DNA of 64,000 bases from the human T2T-CHM13v2.0 reference genome, Homo sapiens, in NCBI RefSeq assembly GCF_009914755.1, contig NC_060948.1; one strand, given 5' to 3'. Positions 45,948 to 60,066 of the stretch are shown piece by piece. Below the pieces are notes generated by a model, which ran no database searches, had not been told where the DNA came from, and saw only the letters and a list, made by a program, of their open reading frames with translations. Every line of letters begins with the position of its first letter. The stretch's first letter is position 1. The position numbers and the translations under genes are program-made.

Positions 45948-48900
45948 ATGGACTCGTTTGGAATGGTGTAGTATGCAATGCAATCGACTGGCAGGGAATC
46001 AAAAGGAATGTAATCGAATGGATTGGACTGGAATGCAATGGACTCGAATAGATTGGAAACGGAATGCAAAGGAATGGAATGGAATAGTATGGAATGGAAT
46101 GGAAAGGAATGGAGTGGAATAGACTAGAGTGGAATGGAATGGACTGGAAAGCAATGGACTGGAATGGAACTTTCTTGAATGGACTGGAATCAAACGGAAT
46201 GGAATGCAATGCAATCAAATGGCATGGAATAAAATAGAATGAAAGAGAATCAAATGGAATTGAATCGAATGGAATCGAATGGATTGGAAAGGAATAGAAT
46301 GGAATGGAATGGAATTGACTCAAATGGAATGGACTAGAATGGAATGGATTCGAATGGAAGGCAAAGGAATGGAATCTATTGGAATGGACTGTAATGGAAT
46401 GGAATGGAAGGGATTGGAATGGACTCGAATGGAATGGACTGCAATAGAAAGGATTCGAATGGAATGAAAAAGAATTGAATGGAATAGAACAGAATGGAAT
46501 CAAATCGAATGAAATGGAATGGAATAGAAAGGAATGGAATGAAATGGAATGGAAAGGATTCGAATGGAATGCAATCGAATGGAATGGAATCGAACGGAAT
46601 GGAATAAAATGGAAGAAAACTGGCAAGAAATGGAATCGAAATGAATGGAGTGTTATGGATCGGACTCAAAAGGAATTGAATGTAATAGAATGGAGTGGAG
46701 TGGACTCGAATATAATGGACTGGAATGGAATGAAATCACATGGAATGGGAACGAATGGAATGGAATGGAAAGGAATGGAATCGAATGGAAAGGAATCGAA
46801 TGGAAGGGAATGAAATTGAATCAACAGGAATGGAAGGGAGTAGAATAGACGGTAATGGAATGGACTCGAATACAATGGACACGAATGCTCAAATTGAATG
46901 GACTCGAATGGAATGGAAACGAAAGGAATGTCATTCAATGGAATTGAATCGGTTGGAATGAAATCGCATAGAATGGAGTGGAATCAAATGGAATTGAATC
47001 GAAAGGAAAGGAAGCGAATGGACTGAAATGAAATGGAATGGAATTGAATGGAAAGTAATGCAATGGAATAGAATGGAACGAAATTTCACGGAATGGAATC
47101 AAACTGAATGGAATCAAATCAATGGAATATAATCAAATGGAATGGAAAGGAATTGAATGGAGTAGATTGGGTTGGATGGGATTGGAATGAAATGGAATGG
47201 AAAGGACTCGAATTTCATGAAACGGAATGGAATGAATTGGAACGGAATGGACTCGAATGGAATGGAATGACATGGAATGGCAAGAAATGGAATGGCATCA
47301 AAGGGAATGGAATCGAATGCAATGGAATGCTATGGAATGGAATGGAATGCATTGGAATGGAATGTCCTCTAATGGAATGGATTCGAGTGGAATGGAATCT
47401 AATATAATGGAGTCGAATGAAATGGAATTGAAAGGAATGGGATCGAATACAATGGAATATACTGGAATGTAATGTAAAGAACTCGAATGTAATTGAATGG
47501 AAAGGAATGTACATGAATGGAATGTAATCGAATGGAAAGTAATCCAATGGAATAGTATCTAATCTAATAAAATCGACTCAGATAGAGTAGAATGTAATGG
47601 AATGGAGTGTAGTGCAATGGAATGGAATGGAATGGAATGCAATGGAATGGAAAGGAATGGAATGCAATGGAATGGAATGGGATGGAATGGTATGGAATGG
47701 ATAGTAATGGACTGGAGTGAAATGGACTGGAAAGGAATGGACTCAAATTGAAAGGTCTCGAAAGGAATGGAGTCAAAAGGAATGGTCTGGAATGGAATGA
47801 ACACGAATGTAATGCAATCCAATAGAATGGAGTCGAATGGCATGGAATATAAAGAAATGGAATCGAAGAGAATGGAAACAAATGGAATGGAATTGAATGG
47901 AATGGAATTGAATGGAATGGGAAGGAATGGAGTGAAATTGTATGCAGTAGAAGAGAATAGAATGGAATGCAAGCGAAAGGAAAGGAATGGATTGGAATGG
48001 AATGGAATTCATTGGAATGGAAGGGAATGTAGTGTAATGGACAGGCCTGGAATAAAGTGGAATGCTACGGTCTCGAATGGAATAAAAATGTATGGAATGG
48101 AATGCAATGAAACGGAATCGAATGTCATAGAATGTAATGGAATGCAAAAAAATGGACTCCAAAATCATTGACTGGAAAGGCTGGGTGTCGAAAGGAATTG
48201 ACTCCAATGGAATGGAATCGAATGGAATGGAAGTGAATAGAATCGAACTAAATCGAATGGAATGGAATTGATAGGAACGGAATGGAAAGGAATGCAATGA
48301 TTTGGCATGGAATGGAATCGAATGGCATCGAATGGAATGGAATGGAATGCAATGGAATGGAATGTATTAGAATGTAATGAACTTTAATGGAATGTACTCG
48401 AATGGATTCGACTGGAATGGAATGTTCTGGAAGTGAATGGACTCCAATGGAATGGATTCAAAAGGAATGGAATCGTACGGAATGGAATCTAATGGAATGG
48501 AATTAAATGGAAATGAATCAAATTGAATAGCACGGAATTGAATTGAATGGAATCGAATGCAATGGAATCTAATGAAACGGAAAGGAAAGGAATGGAATGG
48601 AATGGAATGGGCTGGAATGGAAAGGAATCGAAACGAATGGAATGGAATCGAACTGAAGAGACTGGAATGGAATGCACTGGAATGGAAGGGAGTGTAATGG
48701 AAGGTTCTCGAAAAAAATGGAATCGAATGGAATGGAATTGAATGGAACGGAATAGAGTCGAATGGAATTGAATGGAATGGAATGGACTAGAGTGAAATGG
48801 AATCGAACCACAAGGAATGGACAGGAATAGAATGGTCTCGAATTGAATGGAATCGTATGGAATGGCATCAAACGGAATGGAATGGACAGCCACGGAATGG

Positions 48901-49516
48901 AATGCACTCGAATGCAATGGAGTCGAAACTAATGGACTGGAATAGAATGGACTCGACTGGTACGGACTCCAATGGAATGGAATCGAATGGAAGGGAATCG
49001 AACGGAAGGGAATCGAACGGAATGGACTCGAAGGGAAAAGACTGCAATGGAAAGGTCTCGAATGGAATGGAAATTAATGGAATGGAATGGAATCGAATGA
49101 AATGGAGTCAAAAGGAATGGAATCGAATGGCAAGAAATCGAATGTAATGGAATCGCAAGGAATTGATGTGAACGTAACGGAATGGAATGGAATCCAAAGG
49201 AATGGAATAGAATGGAATGGAATCGAATGGAAAGGACTCGAATGGAAATCACTCGAATAGAATGCAATTTAATAAAATAGGATCAAATGTAATGGAATGG
49301 AATGGAAAGGAATCGAAACGAAAGGAATGGAGACAGATGGAATGGAATGGAACAGAGAGCAATGGTATAGAATGGAATGGAATCATCTGGAATGGAATTG
49401 AATGGAATGGAATAATATGAAATGGAATGGAATGGAATGGAATGTCCTTGAATTAAATGGACTGGAATGGAATGGACTCGAACAGAGTGGAATGGAAAGT
49501 GTTGAAATAGAATGGA
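45948..49516 (+). repeat. DYZ1 unit 7 (3569 bp, class B)
   Basis: Same markers as units 4-5. Confidence 0.92.
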
Positions 49517-52500
49517 ATGGACTCGTTTGGAATGGTGTAGTATGCAATGCAATCGACTGGCAGGGAATCAAAAGGAATGTAATCGAATGGATTGGACTGG
49601 AATGCAATGGACTCGAATAGATTGGAAACGGAATGCAAAGGAATGGAATGGAATAGTATGGAATGGAATGGAAAGGAATGGAGTGGAATAGACTAGAGTG
49701 GAATGGAATGGACTCGAAAGCAATGGACTGGAATGGAACTTTCTTGAATGGACTGGAATCAAACGGAATGGAATGCAATGCAATCAAATGGCATGGAATA
49801 AAATAGAATGAAAGAGAATCAAACGGAATTGAATCGAATGGAATCGAATGGATTGGAAAGGAATAGAATGGAATGGAATGGAATTGACTCAAATGGAATG
49901 GACTAGAATGGAATGGATTCGAATGGAAGGCAAAGGAATGGAATCTATTGGAATGGACTGTAATGGAATGGAATGGAAGGGATTGGAATGGACTCGAATG
50001 GAATGGACTGCAATAGAAAGGATTCGAATGGAATGAAAAAGAATTGAATGGAATAGAACAGAATGGAATCAAACCTCATGAAATAGAATGGAATAGAAAG
50101 GAATGGAATGAAATCGAATGGAAAGGATTCGAATGGAATGCAATCGAATGGAATGCAATCGAACGGAATGGAATAAAATGGAAGAAAACTGGCAAGAAAT
50201 GGAATCGAAATGAATGGAGTGTTAAGGAACGGACTCAAAAGGAATTGAATGTAATAGAATGGAGTGGAGTAGACTCGAATATAATGGACTGGAATGGAAT
50301 GAAATCACATGGAATGGGAACGAATGGAATGGAATGGAAAGGAATGGAATCGAATGGAAAGGAATCGAATGGAAGGGAATGAAATTGAATGAACAGGAAT
50401 GGAAGGGAATAGAATAGACGGTAATGGAATGGACTCGAATAGAATGGACACGAATGCTCAAATTGAATGGACTCGAATGGAATGGAAATGAAAGGAATGT
50501 CATCGAATGCAATTCAATCGATTGGAATGAAATCGCATAGGATGGAGTGGAATCAAATGGAATTGAATCGAAAGGAAAAGAAGCGAATTGACTGAAATGA
50601 AATGGAATGGAATTGAATGGAAAGTAATGCAACGGAATAGAATGGAATGAAATTTCACGGAATGGAATCAAACTGAATGGAATCAAATCAATGGAATATA
50701 ATCAAATGGAATGGAAAGGAATTGAATGGAGTAGATTGTATTGGATGGGATTGGAATGAAATGTACTGGAAAGGACTCGAATTTCATGAAACGGAATGGA
50801 ATGTATTAGAACGGAATGGACTCGAATGGAATTGAATGTCACGGAATGGCATCAAATGGAATGGCATCAATTGGAATGGAATCGAATGCAATGGAATGCT
50901 ATGGAATGGAATGGAATGCATTGGAATGGAATGTCCTCTAATGGAATGGATTCGAGTGGAATGGAATCGAATATAATGGAGTCTAATGAAATGGAATTGA
51001 AAGGAATGGGATCCAATACAATGGAATATACTGGAATGTAATGTAATGAACTCGAATGTAATTGACTGGAATGGAATGTACATGAATGGAATGTAATCGA
51101 ATGGAAAGTAATCCAATGGAATAGAATCTAATGCAATAAAATCGACTCAAATAGAGTAGAATGTAATGGAATGGAGTGCAGTGCAATGGAATGGAATGGA
51201 ATGGGATGGAATGGTATGGAATGGATAGTAATGGACTGGAGTGAAATGGACTGGAAAATAATGGACTCAAATTGAAAGGGCTCGAAAGGAATGGAGTCAA
51301 ATGGAATGGTCTGGAATGGAATGAACACGAATGTAATGCAATCCAATAGAATGGAATCGAATGGCATGGAATATAAAGAAATGGAATCGAAGAGAATGGA
51401 AACAAATGGAATGGAATTGAATGGAATGGAATTGAATGGAATGGGAACGAATGGAGTGAAATTGTATGCAGTAGAAGAGAATAGAATGGAATGCAAGCGA
51501 AAGGAAAGGAATGGATTGGAATGGAATGGAATTCATTGGAATGGAAGGGAATGTAGTGTAATGGACAGGCCTGGAATAAAGTGGAATGCTACGGTCTCGA
51601 ATGGAATAAAAATGTATGGAATGGAATGCAATGAAACGGAATCGAATGTCATAGAAGTAATGGAATGCAAAAAAATGGACTCCAAAATCATTGACTGGAA
51701 AGGCTGGGTGTCGAAAGGAATTTACTCCAATGGAATGGAATCGAATGGAATGGAAGTGAATAGAATCGAACTAAATCGAATGGAATGGAATTGATAGGAA
51801 CGGAATGGAAAGGAATGCAATGATTTCGCATGGAATGGAATCGAATGGCATCGAATGGAATGGAATGGAATGCAATGGAATGGAATGTATTAAAATGTAA
51901 TGAACTTTAATGGAATGTACTCGAATGGATTCGACTGGAATGGAATGTTCTCGAAGTGAATGGACTCCAATGGAATGGATTCGAAAGGAATGGAATCTAA
52001 TGGAATGGAATTAAATGGAAATGAATCAAATTGAATAGAACGGAATTGAATTGAATGGAATCGAATGCAATGGAATCTAATGAAACGGAAAGGAAAGGAA
52101 TGGAATGGAATGGAATGGAATGGGCTGGAATGGAATGGAATCGAAACGAATGGAATGGAATCGAACTGAAGAGACTGGAATGGAATACACTGGAATGGAA
52201 GGGAATGTAATGGAAGGTTCTCGAAAAAATGTAATTGAAAGGAATGGAATTGAGTGGAACGGAATAGAGTCGAATGGAATTCAATGGAATGGAATGGACT
52301 AGAGTGAAATGGAATCGAACCACAAGGAATGGACAGGAATAGAATGGTCTCGAATTGAATGGAATCGTATGGAATGGCATCAAACGGAATGGAATGGACA
52401 GCCACGGAATGGAATGCACTCGAATGCAATGGAGTCGAAACTAATGGACTGGAATAGAATGGACTCGACTGGTACGGACTCCAATGGAATGGAATCGAAT

Positions 52501-53013
52501 GGAAGGGAATCGAACGGAATGGACTCGAAGGGAAAAGACTGCAATGGAAAGGTCTCGAATGGAATGGAAATTAATGGAATGGAATGGAATCGAATGAAAT
52601 GGAGTCAAAAGGAATGGAATCGAATGGCAAGAAATCGGATGTAATGGAATCGCAAGGAATTGATGTGAACGGAACGGAATGGAATGGAATCCAAAGGAAT
52701 GGAATAGAATGGAATGGAATCGAATGGAAAGGACTCGAATGGAAATCACTCGAATAGAATGCAATTTAATAAAATAGGATCAAATGTAATGGAATGGAAT
52801 GGAAAGGAATCGAAACGAAAGGAATGGAGACAGATGGAATGGAATGGAACAGAGAGCAATGGTATAGAATGGAATGGAATCATCTGGAATGGAATTGAAT
52901 GGAATGGAATAACATGAAATGGACTGGAATGGAATGGAATGCCCTTGAATTAAATGGACTGGAATGGAATGGACTCGAACAGAGTGGAATGGAAAGTGTT
53001 GAAATAGAATGGA
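49517..53013 (+). repeat. DYZ1 unit 8 (3497 bp, class C)
   Basis: Same markers as unit 6. Confidence 0.92.
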
Positions 53014-56000
53014 ATGGACTCGTTTGGAATGGTCTAGTATGCAATGCAATCGACTGGCAGGGAATCAAAAGGAATGTAATCGAATGGATTGGACTGGAAT
53101 GCAATGGACTCGAATAGATTGGAAACGGAATGCAAAGGAATGGAATGGAATAGTATGGAATGGAATGGAAAGGAATGGAGTGGAATAGACTAGAGTGGAA
53201 TGGAATGGACTCGAAAGCAATGGACTGGAATGGAACTTTCTTGAATGGACTGGAATCAAACGGAATGGAATGTAATGCAATCAAATGGCATGGAATAAAA
53301 TAGAATGAAAGAGAATCAAATGGAATTGAATCGAATGGAATCGAATGGATTGGCAAGGAATAGAATGGAATGGAATGGAATTGACTCAAATGGAATGGAC
53401 TAGAATGGAATGGATTCGAATGGAAGGCAAAGGAATGGAATCTATTGGAATGGACTGTAATGGAATGGAATGGAAGGGATTGGAATGGACTCGAATGGAA
53501 TGGACTGTAATAGAAAGGATTCGAATGGAATGAAAAAGAATTGAATGGAATAGAACAGAATGGAATCAAATCGAATGAAATGGAATGGAATAGAAAGGAA
53601 TGGAATGAAATGGAATGGAAAGGATTCGAATGGAATGCAATCGAATGGACTGGAATCGAACGGAATGGAATAAAATGGAAGAAAACTGGCAAGAAATGGA
53701 ATCGAAATGAATGGAGTGTTATGGAACGGACTCAAAAGGAATTGAATGTAATAGAATGGAGTGGAGTGGACTCCAATATAATAGACTGGAATGGAATGAA
53801 ATCACATGGAATGGGAACGAATGGAATGGAATGGAAAGGAATGGAATCGAATGGAAAGGAATCGAATGGAAGGGAATGAAATTGAATCAACAGGAATGGA
53901 AAGGAGTAGAATAGACGGTAATGGAATGGGCTCGAATAGAATGGACACGAATGCTCAAATTAAATGGACTCGAATGGAATGGAAACGAAAGGAATGTCAT
54001 CGAATGGAATTGAATCGATTGGAATGAAATCACATAGAATGGAGTGGAATCAAATGGAATTGAATCGAAAGGAAAGGAAGCGAATGGACTGAAATGAAAT
54101 GGAATGGAATTGAATGGAAATTAATGCAATGGAATAGAATGGAAAGAAATTTCACGGAATGGAATCAAACTGAATGGAATCAAATCAATGGAATATAATC
54201 AAATGGAATGGAAAGGAATTGAATGGAGTAGATTGGATTGGATGGGATTGGAATGAAATGTACTGGAAAGGACTCGAATTTCATGAAACGGAATGGAATG
54301 AATTAGAACGGAATGGACTCGAATGGAATGGAATATCACGGAATGGCATCAAATGGAATGACATCAATTGGAATGGAATCGAATGCAATGGAATGCTATG
54401 GAATGGAATGGAATGCATTGGAATGGAATGTCCTCTAATGGAATGGATTCGAGTGGAATGGAATCGAATATAATGGAGTCTAATGAAATGGAATTGAAAG
54501 GAATGGGATCCAATACAATGGAATATACTGGAATGTAATGTAATGAACTCGAATGTAATTGACTGGAATGGAATGTACATGAATGGAATGTAATCGAATG
54601 GAAAGTAATCCAATGGAATAGAATCTAATGCAATAAAATCGACTCAAGTAGAGTAGAATATAATGGAATGGAGTGCAGTGCAATGGAATGGAATGGAATG
54701 GAATGCAATGGAATGGAATGGAATGGAATGGAATGGAATGTGATGGAATGGTATGGAATGGATAGTAATGGACTGGAGTGAAATGGACTGGAAAGGAATG
54801 GACTCAAATTGAAAGGGCTCGAAAGGAATGGAGTCAAATGGAATGGTCTGGAATGGAATGAACACGAATGTAATGCAATCCAATAGAATGGAATCGAATG
54901 GCATGGAATATAAAGAAATGGATTCGAAGAGAATGGAAACAAATGGAATGGAATTGAATGGAATGGAATTGAATGGAATGGGAACGAATGGAGTGAAATT
55001 GTATGCAGTAGAAGAGAATAGAATGGAATGCAAGCGAAAGGAAAGGAATGGATTGGAATGGAATGGAATTCATTGGAATGGAAGGGAATGTAGTGTAATG
55101 GACAGGCCTGGAATAAAGTGGAATGCTACGGTCTCGAATGGAATAAAAATGTATGGAATGGAATGCAATGAAACGGAATCGAATGTCATAGAATGTAATG
55201 GAATGCAAAAAAATGGAATCCAAAATCATTGACTGGAAAGGCTGGGTGTCGAAAGGAATTGACTCCAATGGAATGGAATCGAATGGCATGGAAGTGAATA
55301 GAATGGAACTAAATCGAATGGAATGGAATTGATAGGAACGGAATGGAAAGGAATGCAATGATTTGGCATGGAATGGAATCGAATGGCATCGAATGGAATG
55401 GAATGGAATGCAATGGAATGGAATGTATTAGAATGTAATGAACTTTAATGGAATGTACTCGAATGGATTCAACTGGAATGGAATGTTCTCGAAGTGAATG
55501 GACTCCAATGGAATGGATTCGAAAGGAATGGAATCTAATGGAATGGAATTAAATGGAAATGAATCAAATTGAATAGAACGGAATTGAATTGAATGGAATC
55601 GAATGCAATGGAATCTAAAGAAAAGGAAAGGAAAGGAATGGAATGGATTGGAATGGAATGGGCTGGAATGGAATGGAATCGAAACGAATGGAATGGAATC
55701 GAACTGAAGAGACTGGAATGGAATGCACTGGAATGGAAGGGAATGTAATGGAAGGTTCTCAAGAAAAATGGAATCGAAAGGAATGGAATTGAATGGAACG
55801 GAATAGAGTCGAATGGAATTCAATGGAATGGAATGGACTAGAGTGAAATGGAATCGAACCACAAGGAATGGACAGGAATAGAATGGTCTCGAATTGAATG
55901 GAATCGTATGGAATGGCATCAAACGGAATGGAATCGACAGCCACGGAATGGAATGCACTCGAATGCAATGGAGTCGACACTAACGGAGTGGAATAGAATG

Positions 56001-56552
56001 GACTCGACTGGTACGGACTCCAATGGAATGGAATCGAATGGAAGGGTATCAAACGGAATGGACTCGAAGGGAAAAGACTGCAATGGAAAGGTCTCGAATG
56101 GAATGGAAATTAATGGAATGGAATGGAATCGAATGAAATGGAGTCAAAAGGAATGGAATCGAATGGCAAGAAATCGAATGTAATGGAATCGCAAGGAATT
56201 GAAGTGAACGGAACGGAATGCAATGGAATCCAAAGGAATGGAATAGAATGGAATGGAATCGAATGGAAAGGACTCGAATGGAAATCACTCGAATAGAATG
56301 CAATTTAATAAAATAGGATCAAATGTAATGGAATGGAATGGAAAGGAATCGAAACGAAAGGAATGGAGACAGATGGAATGGAATGGAACAGAGAGCAATG
56401 GTATAGAATGGAATGGAATCATCTGGAATGGAATTGAATGGAATGGAATAACATGAAATGGACTGGAATGGAATGGAATGCCCTTGAATTAAATGGACTG
56501 GAATGGAATGGACTCGAACAGAGTGGAATGGAAAGTGTTGAAATAGAATGGA
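53014..56552 (+). repeat. DYZ1 unit 9 (3539 bp)
   Basis: Landmark-to-landmark spacing. Confidence 0.92.
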
Positions 56553-59500
56553 ATGGACTCGTTTGGAATGGTCTAGTATGCAATGCAATCGACTGGCAGG
56601 GAATCAAAAGGAATGTAATCGAATGGATTGGACTGGAATGCAATGGACTCGAATAGATTGGAAACGGAAAGCAAAGGAATGGAATGGAATAGTATGGAAT
56701 GGAATGGAAAGGAATGGAGTGGAATAGACTAGAGTGGAATGGAATGGACTGGAAAGCAATGGACTGGAATGGAACTTTCTTGAATGGACTGGAATCAAAC
56801 GGAATGGAATGCAATGCAATCAAATGGCATGGAATAAAATAGAATGAAAGAGAATCAAATGGAATTGAATCGAATGGAATCGAATGGATTGGAAAGGAAT
56901 AGAATGGAATGGAACGGAATTGACTCAAATGGAATGGACTAGAATGGAATGGATTCGAATGGAAGGCAAACGAATGGAATCTATTGGAATGGACTGTAAT
57001 GGAATGGAATGGAAGGGATTGGAATGGACTCGAATGGAATGGACTGCAATAGAAAGGATTCGAATGGAATGAAAAAGAATTGAATGAAATAGAAGAGAAT
57101 GGAAACAAATCGAATGAAATGGAATGGAAGAGAAAGGAATGGAATGAAATGGAATGGAAAGGATTCGAATGGAATGCAATCGAATGGAATGGAATCGAAC
57201 GGAATGGAATAAAATGGAAGAAAACTGGCAAGAAATGGAATCGAAATGAATGGAGTGTTAAGGAACGGACTCAAAAGGAATTGAATGTAATAGAATGGAG
57301 TGGAGTGGACTCAAATATAATGGACTGGAATGGAATGAAATCACATGGAATGGGAACGAATGGAATGGAATGGAAAGGAATGGAATCGAATGGAAAGGAA
57401 TCGAATGGAAGGGAATGAAATTGAATCAACAGGAATGGAAGGGAGTAGAATAGACGGTAATGGAATGGACTCGAATAGAATGGACACGAATGCTCAAATT
57501 GAATGGACTCGAATGGAATGGAAACGAAAGGAATGTCATCGAATGGAATTGAATCGATTGGAATGAAATCGCATAGAATGGAGTGGAATCAAAAGGAATT
57601 GAATCGAAAGGAAAGGAAGCGAATGGACTGAAATGAAATGGAATGGAATTGAATGGAAAGTAATGCAATGGAATAGAATGGAACGAAATTTCACGGAATG
57701 GAATCAAACTGAATGGAATCAAATCAATGGAATATAATCAAATGGAATGGAAAGGAATTGAACGGAGTAGATTGGATTGGATGGGATTGGAATGAAATGT
57801 ACTGGAAAGGACTCGAAATTCATGAAACGGAATGGAATGAACTGGAACGGAATGGAATCGAATGGAATGGAATGTCATGTAATGGCATCAAATGGAATGG
57901 AATCGAATGCGATGGAATGCTATGGAATGGAATGGAATGCATAGGAATGGAATGTCCTCTAATGGAATGTATTCGAGTGGAATGGAATCGAATATAATGG
58001 AGTCTAATGAAATGGAATTGAAAGGAATGGGACCGAATACAATGGAATAAACTGGAATGTAATGTAATGAACTCGAATGTAATTGACTGGAATGGAATGT
58101 ACATGAATGGAATGTAATCGAATGGAAAGCAATCCAATGGAATAGAATCTAATGCAATAAAATCGACTCAAATAGAGTAGAATGTAATGGAATGGAGTGC
58201 AGTGCAATGGAATGGAATGGAATGCAACGGAATGGAATGGAATGGAATGGAATGGGATGGAATGGTATGGAATGGATAGTAATGGACTGGAGTGAAATGG
58301 ACTGGAAAAGAATGGACTCAAATTGAAAGGGCTCGAAAGGAATGGAGTCAAATGGAATGGTCTGGAATGGAATGAACACGAATGTAATGCAATCCAATAG
58401 AATGGAATCGAATGGCATAGAATATAAAGAAATGGAATCGAAGAGAATGGAAACAAATGGAATGGAATTGAATGGAATGGAATTGAATGGAATGGGAACG
58501 AATGGAGTGAAATTGTATGCAGTAGAAGAGAATAGAATGGAATGCAAGCGAAAGGAAAGGAATGGATTGGAATGGAATGGAATTCATTGGAATGGAAGGG
58601 AATGTAGTGTAATGGACAGGCCTGGAATAAAGTGGAATGCTACGGTCTCGAATGGAATAAAAATGTATGGAATGGAATGCAATGAAATGGAATCGAATGT
58701 CATAGAATGTAATGGAATGCAAAAAAATGGACTCCAAAATCATTGACTGGAAAGGCTGGGTGTCGAAAGGAATTGACTCCAATGGAATGGAATCGAATGG
58801 CATGGAAGTGAATAGAATGGAACTAAATCGAATGGAATGGAATTGATAGGAACGGAATGGAAAGGAATGCAATGATTTGGCATGGAATGGAATCGAATGG
58901 CATCGAATGGAATGGAATGGAATGCAATGGAATGGAATGTATTAGAATGTAATGAACTTTAATGGAATGTACTCGAATGGATTCGACTGGAATGGAATGT
59001 TCTCGAAGTGAATGGACTCCAATGGAATGGATTCGAAAGGAATGGAATCTAATGGAATGGAATTAAATGGAAATGAATCAAATTGAATAGAACGGAATTG
59101 AATTGAATGGAATCGAATGCAATGGAATCTAATGAAAAGGAAAGGAAAGGAATGGAATGGATTGGAATGGAATGGGCTGGAATGGAATGGAATCGAAACG
59201 AATGGAATGGAATCGAACTGAAGAGACTGGAATGGAATGCACTGGAATGGAAGGGAATGTAATGGAAGGTTCTCAAGAAAAATGGAATCGAAAGGAATGG
59301 AATTGAATGGAACGGAATAGAGTCGAATGGAATTCAATGGAATGGAATGGACTAGAGTGAAATGGAATCGAACCACAAGGAATGGACAGGAATAGAATGG
59401 TCTCGAATTGAATGGAATCGTATGGAATGGCATCAAACGGAATGGAATGGACAGCCACGGAATGGAATGCACTCGAATGCAATGGAGTCGACACTAACGG

Positions 59501-60066
59501 AGTGGAATAGAATGGACTCGACTGGTACGGACTCCAATGGAATGGAATCGAATGGAAGGGTATCGAACGGAATGGACTCGAAGGGAAAAGACTGCAATGG
59601 AAAGGTCTCGAATGGAATGGAAATTAATGGAATGGAATGGAATCGAATGAAATGGAGTCAAAAGGAATGGAATCGAATGGCAAGAAATCGAATGTAATGG
59701 AATCGCAAGGAATTGAAGTGAACGGAACGGAATGCAATGGAATCCAAAGGAATGGAATAGAATGGAATGGAATCGAATGGAAAGGACTCGAATGGAAATC
59801 ACTCGAATAGAATGCAATTTAATAAAATAGGATCAAATGTAATGGAATGGAATGGAAAGGAATCGAAACGAAAGGAATGGAGACAGATGGAATGGAATGG
59901 AACAGAGAGCAATGGTATAGAATGGAATGGAATCATCTGGAATGGAATTGAATGGAATGGAATAACATGAAATGGACTGGAATGGAATGGAATGCCCTTG
60001 AATTAAATGGACTGGAATGGAATGGACTCGAACAGAGTGGAATGGAAAGTGTTGAAATAGAATGGA
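56553..60066 (+). repeat. DYZ1 unit 10 (3514 bp, class D)
   Basis: Markers ggaaagcaaagg, ggaagagaaagg, cgaaattcatg. Confidence 0.92.
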
